A DNA stretch of 60,000 nt, taken from contig CM052817.1 of NCBI GenBank assembly GCA_028534125.1, forward strand, positions 8,062,001 through 8,122,000, in the 5' to 3' direction. The stretch is from Lama glama. Its lineage: Eukaryota. Of this stretch, positions 54,601 to 60,000 are shown piece by piece. Positions within the stretch are counted from its first letter, which is position 1. Each line of letters opens with the position of its first letter. The position numbers and the translations under genes are program-made. A model generated the notes under the pieces. The model did not search any database. It worked only from the letters and a program-made list of their open reading frames with translations, and had not been told where the DNA came from.

Positions 54601-56211
54601 CTATAAAAATAAAGCTTACTTTTTTATCGAATAAGGGTGTTAGAAACAATGCTAATTTATTTAAACAGCTATTCAAAGAGTTGTTACAAGTGTACAAAAA
54701 CTCATAATTAATGCTTTATGAAGAGAAGTGATCCCAAGTAATTTTCTTCCTCAAAATGTTCCAAAATCATCAGAGCTTATTAAGTTGTTTTCCCTAACAA
54801 CAAAAATCAATAACAAAATATCAGTGTGGCAAGAAAGAAATTAACAGAATTCTCCAAATTTTGCATATGAATAACACCTTTCCGGGCCCTAGGAACTCAA
54901 ATCTCAGAATGAAAGACAGGAGCAGCTGTGCAATGCTGCCAGCGAAGATGTGGCGAGGAGTCGTCTCCACAGAAACAAGGTCCAAACTACACCAGTAACA
55001 CAGAAACGCGCAGCCGAAAACGGGGAACTGGTTAACAATAACCACCTGCGTTTCTGAAGACTGGTTGGGGAAAGGGATGAGAGAAGAAAGGAGACAACTT
55101 AAGCAACGTTCTCGGAAACAACGTTGGCGCCACTGACAGAAGCGACAGGTGTGAAGGTTCCCTGGGGCAGAGGCTCTTCACCTTATTTGGGGCGTGGATC
55201 ATAGAAGCCTCTAAGATCTTACCGACCCTCCCCAAAGAGCAAGGACCGGGCCGGCAACGCTTACTCCATTACAGGAGCTCCACGACCCTGAGTTAAAGAC
55301 CCCCGCCTACGAAGTAAGGGGACTGGCTGCCAGATACTCTCACGCACTCACTCTCATTCATTCAACCGTCACCGAAGGATAGACTTTAAGGCAAGGATCC
55401 CCTCTGCCAGGCTAGCAGCTCTGCCCTCAGCATCCAACTCAGAAGAGTTCAATTGATACTTGTTGAATGAATGCTTGTGTTGACAGGTGCTGCGCTGGGA
55501 GCAGAGATGAACAGGTATGATGCTCTAAAACAGCACCTAACATTTGTTGAATGCACACCATGTTCTGAAAGCTTCATGTGGATTTTCACATTTTATGTGG
55601 ATTTGCACACTTTACCCTTGGAGACGACCCCTATCGAAATACCCATCTTACAGACGAACCATAGACAGGATAAGCAATTTGCCCGCTAATGACCTGACCA
55701 GTAAAGTGACGGAGCCCCGATTCTCTCACCAAGGGAATCTCATTCCAGAGCCAAGCTCTTGGGAGCTCCTCGTGCAGTGGAGGCATCAGAAAAACAGTAA
55801 AGAGGGGGAAAGGGAACAAAATGTGACCTGGACTAAAGTTAAAAGAAAAAAAAAAAAGATAAGATGTCTTCCTTGAGAGTCCCCAGAGGCGAGAAGCTGG
55901 AAAGCTTCCCAGGGAGATGCTGGCCCGTGTCTTGGAGAAGTAGGAGTTCGCGATAGAGACAGGGAGTTGGGAAATGCCTTTTTCTTCTTCTTCTTTTTTT
56001 AATGTAAGGGGAGCTGGACAGTTCTCGTCGGACTTCACCAAGCACCTAGTATGTGTCCAGTCCCAGGCCACGACCTGGAGGGCCCGGGCCCACAGGCCCC
56101 GGGGGTTCAGAGAAATAAGGCGACGCCGCGGGGAGGGGAGGAGGCTGGGGGCGCCAGGGCCGCGCCAGGGTTCCTGCAGGCCTGGCACGGCGGGCCCGCT
56201 CGAGGACTGAC

Positions 56212-56286
56212 CTTCCCGGAGGTGCCGTCCCCCAGCACGACGATTTTCAGTTGCCGGTCCTGGCTCTCCTCCTCAGAGTCCGACAT
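56212..56286 (-). CDS. RAB28: RAB28 coding exon 1 ([25 protein letters not shown])
   Basis: ATG at 56286-56284 in context accATGt. Translation matches the RAB28 N-terminus with the start of the P-loop (GDGTSGK). Donor AAG|gtcagt. 75 nt, phase 0. Confidence 0.98.
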
Positions 56287-56484
56287 GGTGTCCCAGGAAC
56301 CAGGCCCCCCACCCCTCCCTCCCCCACCGAGGTAGAAGGAGGAAGGGAAGGAGGGAGTCTCCGGGGGCGGGGGAGAGGAGGAAGGGCAGCGGTGGGGACA
56401 GAACCCCCCGCCCCGGTGTCTCAGCGGCCGCTGCAGGTAACCGGGAAGAATCACTCGCCAGGCGCCATCTTGCCCGCCTCCCCT

Positions 56485-56533
56485 CCCCCTGCGCGAGGCC
56501 ACGCCCCCTGCGCGAGGCCACGCCCCCTGCGCG
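56485..56533. repeat. 19-bp tandem repeat (CCCCCTGCGCGAGGCCACG) x~2.6 in the core promoter
   Basis: Exact units at 56485-56503 and 56504-56522, partial unit at 56523-56533. Confidence 0.95.
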
Positions 56534-56857
56534 CTACGTCGGGCGCGCTCCCCAGCCTCTGCTCCAACCAGCGCCGAACGCGAGCTTCCCTGGCCGGCCG
56601 GCCCATCAGCCGGCCTGAGATGAGGAGGCGTTCAAACACAGCAGGCGAGACGCGGCGCTACCCTCGCAGGGACAGTTGGAGGGAGAAAACAGAGGATGTG
56701 TACTATTCAAGCTAGATAGAAAATGGGGGCAGGGTAGCACGCAGGCGTTCTATTAAATTCTATTGTTTCCAGCTCCCTGTGGAGGTCCCCCCTCCCCTGA
56801 AGCGAATGGTTTAGCCTGTCTGGTAAAGGGTGGGTGACGCCTGGGCTGCTCGCCGAG

Positions 56858-56871
56858 GTTGCCATGGAAGC
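56858..56871. promoter_or_regulatory. RFX X-box-like motif GTTGCCATGGAAGC
   Basis: Near match to the GTTGCCATGGCAAC palindrome, ~570 bp upstream of the ATG of a ciliary gene. Confidence 0.6.
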
Positions 56872-57188
56872 CAGGACCCGGCGGAGCGGCGGCGGGGCGG
56901 GGCCTGGCTCAGGGCGCCGCGGACGCTGGTTTCCCGGCGGAGCGCGCAGGGGAGGGCCGTCTGGGGTGGTATCTGCCCCGGGGGTCGCGCGCCGGGAAGA
57001 GAGGCGGCGGCGCGACGGCGGAGGGAGCGGCTACCGAGGGCGTCGCTGCCGGGCGGCGAGTCTACGGTGGCGGCCGAGCGTAGAACGTAGCTGTGGCGCT
57101 GCCTCTTGTTTTCTCCTCTTAAACACTGGGTTTTCTCATCCAAACAACGGAATCCGATGCTTCGCTCCCGAAGCACGTACGCTAGAAG

Positions 57189-57511
57189 CAGCAGTTCTCA
57201 AAGTGCGGTCTGGGGGGATCTTGGGAGCCCTGACAAAGTCAAAACTATTTTCCCAATAATACAATTTTTTTTTTTTTGCCTTTTTCACCTTCATTCTCTC
57301 ACAAATATACATAGACGTTTCCCGGAGGATGCTTGATGTGTATGACGTCATCTAACGGAGCGTATGCTTGTTATTCTTTCAAACACTTTTCAGTACTCAT
57401 CTTAGTGTAGTAATGATAGTTATAAGTTACCTAAACAAATGCTCTTTGGGGTTTACAATAATTCTTAAGAGTGAAGAGGGGCCGTGAGCCCAAAAAGTTT
57501 TAGAACTGCTG
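57189..57511. mobile_element. hAT-Charlie non-autonomous element (MER119-like)
   Basis: Terminal inverted repeats cagcagttct ... agaactgctg; internal aagtcaaaactatttt. Confidence 0.75.
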
Positions 57512-57589
57512 TCCTGAATGGATGATTTCAGTTCAAGAAGGTAGGTAAAAGACATAACTGGAAATTTCAATATGGTAAGATAAATTCCA

Positions 57590-58010
57590 CAACAATAATG
57601 CCAGCCTACTATGTCTCCTTGTTAATTGCTTTACGTGGATTATCACGTTGGCTCCTCATGGGAACCCTGTAAAACAAGAATTATCTCAGTTTACAGATGA
57701 GGAAACTTAGGTCACAAAAAGCTTAGCTCAGAAGCAGTAGTCCTGGAAAGTATATGGGAATTCAAATGGGAAAGCAGTACGGTGTCAAGAATTGCTTAGC
57801 CCTTGCAGCAGCACTGGCTTTCTCATCACAGACCTGCACTTACTAGATGTGTGATCTTGAGCCACAATTTCCTAATCTATAAAACAGAGACGCTACCTCC
57901 TTCATAGGGTTGAGAATTAAATGACATCATCACTGCAAAGTGACAGAGTACAGTGATAAGTGCTCAGTGTTAACCAGTGCAAATACCACCCTCGTCATTA
58001 TTATCATTAG
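57590..58010. mobile_element. Two MIR fragments in opposite orientation
   Basis: tttacagatgaggaaac; cttactagatgtgtgatcttg...ttcctaatctataaaa...tcatagggttgagaattaaatga. Confidence 0.7.
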
Positions 58011-58259
58011 ATACGGTCCATATTGGACAATCACTTCTTTCTACCCATGTTACTCTAAGCAGAGTTCCTATGTGGAACCCCAGTCCCTTCATCTGTAGAT
58101 AGGGCTGGCCACAGTAGTTGCCACCCAGGTGCCCAGATCTTTCTCTCTCCCCCCAATCACCACCATCAACTTTCTACATCACTGGGTGTGTTAATGAGAA
58201 TTAGAAGAAAAAGGTGAGTGAGAAAGCTTTGCCAAGTTCTTTGTAAATGTTCCTTTGAG

Positions 58260-58600
58260 GAATCTGTTTCTAATGAGGACAGATTTAACCCCTTCTTGTC
58301 CCTGAGAGGAGTTAATGTGGCAGTGGTTGGCTTTTCTACTCTTCCTGAATGGAGATGGTTATGTGACCCAGTCTAACCAATGAGACAGAGAGAATGTCCT
58401 TTGGGAAACATCTGGTTTTCTTCTCTGACAGAAGAAGGAGAAGGGGAGGCAGGAGGGGGAGAAGAAGGAGAAAGAACAAAAAGAGAGACACAGAAGGAAA
58501 GATGTCCCCTCCCTTCCTCTGTTGTCATTATTTGGGAGAGGACATAAAGCTTGGAACTGCTACAGCCTTCTACACCCTACCTTCCAGGCTTCTTGTTATG
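58260..58600. mobile_element. Old LTR fragment (LTR16/MLT1-like) with a GA-rich tract
   Basis: atgtgacccagtctaaccaatgagac...ttggaactgctacagcc. Confidence 0.5.
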
Positions 58601-59704
58601 AGGAGTAATACTTAGGTAGCTTAGTGATGTATTCCTTTACTTGCTGACAAAAACACCCCAACCGGCACAAATGCTTTGGCTGAACACCAGATTTAGTTAA
58701 GGCCATAGGATCAATTTTCATGTGTGGTTTCGTAGGAAGGGAAATCTGGAAGAAAACTTTGCATTTTCTAATCACCAGTTTCCTAGACACCAGTTTGATG
58801 GAGAGACATCATTTATTTGGTTGTGTTCATCCCTGGGGCAGTATTGCTACATGAAACAAAAAGCCAATTACATTTGTTCAGTGACCATGTTTTACACACT
58901 TGTGGCAAGATTCCAGGTTAAAAATTAGATTTGAAGATTTGAAGTCATGTACATAAATTAAAAAGAAAAAACAATTCGTCTTGTGTGGAAGACCATGCTA
59001 GATGGCACCACAAGCTTCAGTGTGGTGCTTTATTATCCTGAAGAGAAATAGAGCTGATCCACAGAAAAGAAAAATGTCTCTGTGGAGCCTCTGTAAAATG
59101 CCCACAACAGGGTCATAAACTAGGGAATCATTTTTAGTGGTCTTAAAATTAATAAATTAACAAAATGCTTAGAGATAAATTCTAGAAATTGCAAGAAATT
59201 GGAGATCTTTAGATAGGAAGAAATTGGAATAGTTACACAAGATAAACCTGTCTGCTATCTGTAAAACCACCTTCTTACCTCATTTTAAAATATCATTTTT
59301 AGTGTCCTTAACAGGTGATAAACCAAATTTTGTTGGAATGCATCCTGATTTCAAGGAGTTTATTCCTTCATGAAGTACCTTAGACTATGGACAAACTGGC
59401 CTGGTCATTAGAGTATTCTTTCTGATGAGCTGATGTCTCTCGTTAAAAATTCCAATGAATGGTATCGGGTGAGACTTCGGGAATAAAATAGGACTTCCCC
59501 ATTCTAAAGGAAAGTCTTCAAATTGATCCCCTGTGTTTAGTGAATATTTGACAAGTATTAAGTGAACGCCTACTGTGGGCCTTGTTCACAGCTCTTCTAA
59601 GCAGTGAGGACACTCATTCAAGGGCTCTGCTCCCACGGAACTTGCAGTTTTGTGGAGAGGTTAGTAGACTAAAGATACCAGGTCCCAGTCCCTGTTTCCT
59701 GTTT

Positions 59705-59990
59705 AACTCAGACAGAAAAAGAGAAGGCAGTGTGACCACGGAAGTAGACACTGGAATGATACAGCCACAGTGCCAACGAATGTAGGGAACCACCAGTAGC
59801 TGGAGGAGGACAAGAATGAATCCTCCCCTGGAACCCCAGAGAGGTCAGGCCTGGCAACACCTTGAATTCAGTCCAGCGAACACTGATTTAGGACCTCCAG
59901 CCTCCAAAACTGCGAGAGAATAAATTTATGTTGTTTTATGCACCACAGTTATGGTATTTTTTTTACAGTGACCACAGGAAGCTAATAAAA
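59705..59990. mobile_element. MLT1 (MaLR) LTR 3' part
   Basis: gcagtgtgaccacggaag...tcctcccctggaacc...ccagcctccaaaactgcgagagaataaat...caggaagctaata. Confidence 0.88.
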
Positions 59991-60000
59991 AAAGGAACAT

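Larger units (their letters stand above)
55900..57180. promoter_or_regulatory. CpG island containing the RAB28 promoter and 5' UTR
   Basis: Abrupt GC- and CpG-rich block around exon 1. KLF/SP boxes GCCACGCCCCC x2, GC box GGGGCGGGGC near 56894, YY1-type CAAGATGGCGCC at 56461-56472 (minus). No obvious TATA box. Confidence 0.92.

Noticed and set aside
55631..57351. Many overlapping Arg/Gly/Pro-rich ORFs (up to 185 aa)
   Set aside because: Expected stop-codon scarcity in a CpG island. Only the 75-nt RAB28 exon 1 is supported by homology and splice sites.
1..60000. A novel multi-gene or prokaryotic-type system, tRNA/rRNA/snoRNA genes, or a NUMT
   Set aside because: None seen. The window is explained by one spliced mammalian gene plus common interspersed repeats.

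Overview
Mammalian genomic DNA: AT-rich, repeat-dense, with one 500-N scaffold gap. It holds the 5' half of RAB28, a ciliary Rab GTPase, on the minus strand: a CpG-island promoter (~55.9-57.2 kb), coding exons 1-4 with canonical GT-AG junctions and consistent phase (75+97+89+130 nt), and the first ~35 kb of the long intron 4. Exons 5 onward lie beyond the left edge. The rest is intronic or upstream DNA carrying L1 (old copies plus young copies with target-site duplications, TSDs), L2, MIR, CR1/L3, MaLR/ERVL LTRs, and hAT and Tigger DNA-transposon relics. The young L1 3' UTRs resemble camelid L1s as I recall them, and I see no Alu, B1, Bov-tA, PRE-1 or SINEC elements, so a camelid genome is likely (inference). 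I found no new multi-gene system. The best leads are post-transcriptional: several candidate stop-containing (poison) cassette exons, an AG|GTAAGT recursive-splice-like site in intron 4, and a uORF plus a G-quadruplex in the leader. Other leads are an X-box-like promoter motif, a SOX/RUNX/CRE motif cluster that may be an NKX3-2 enhancer, and two apparently foreign inserted fragments. Repeat boundaries and subfamily names are approximate and were recognised by eye.
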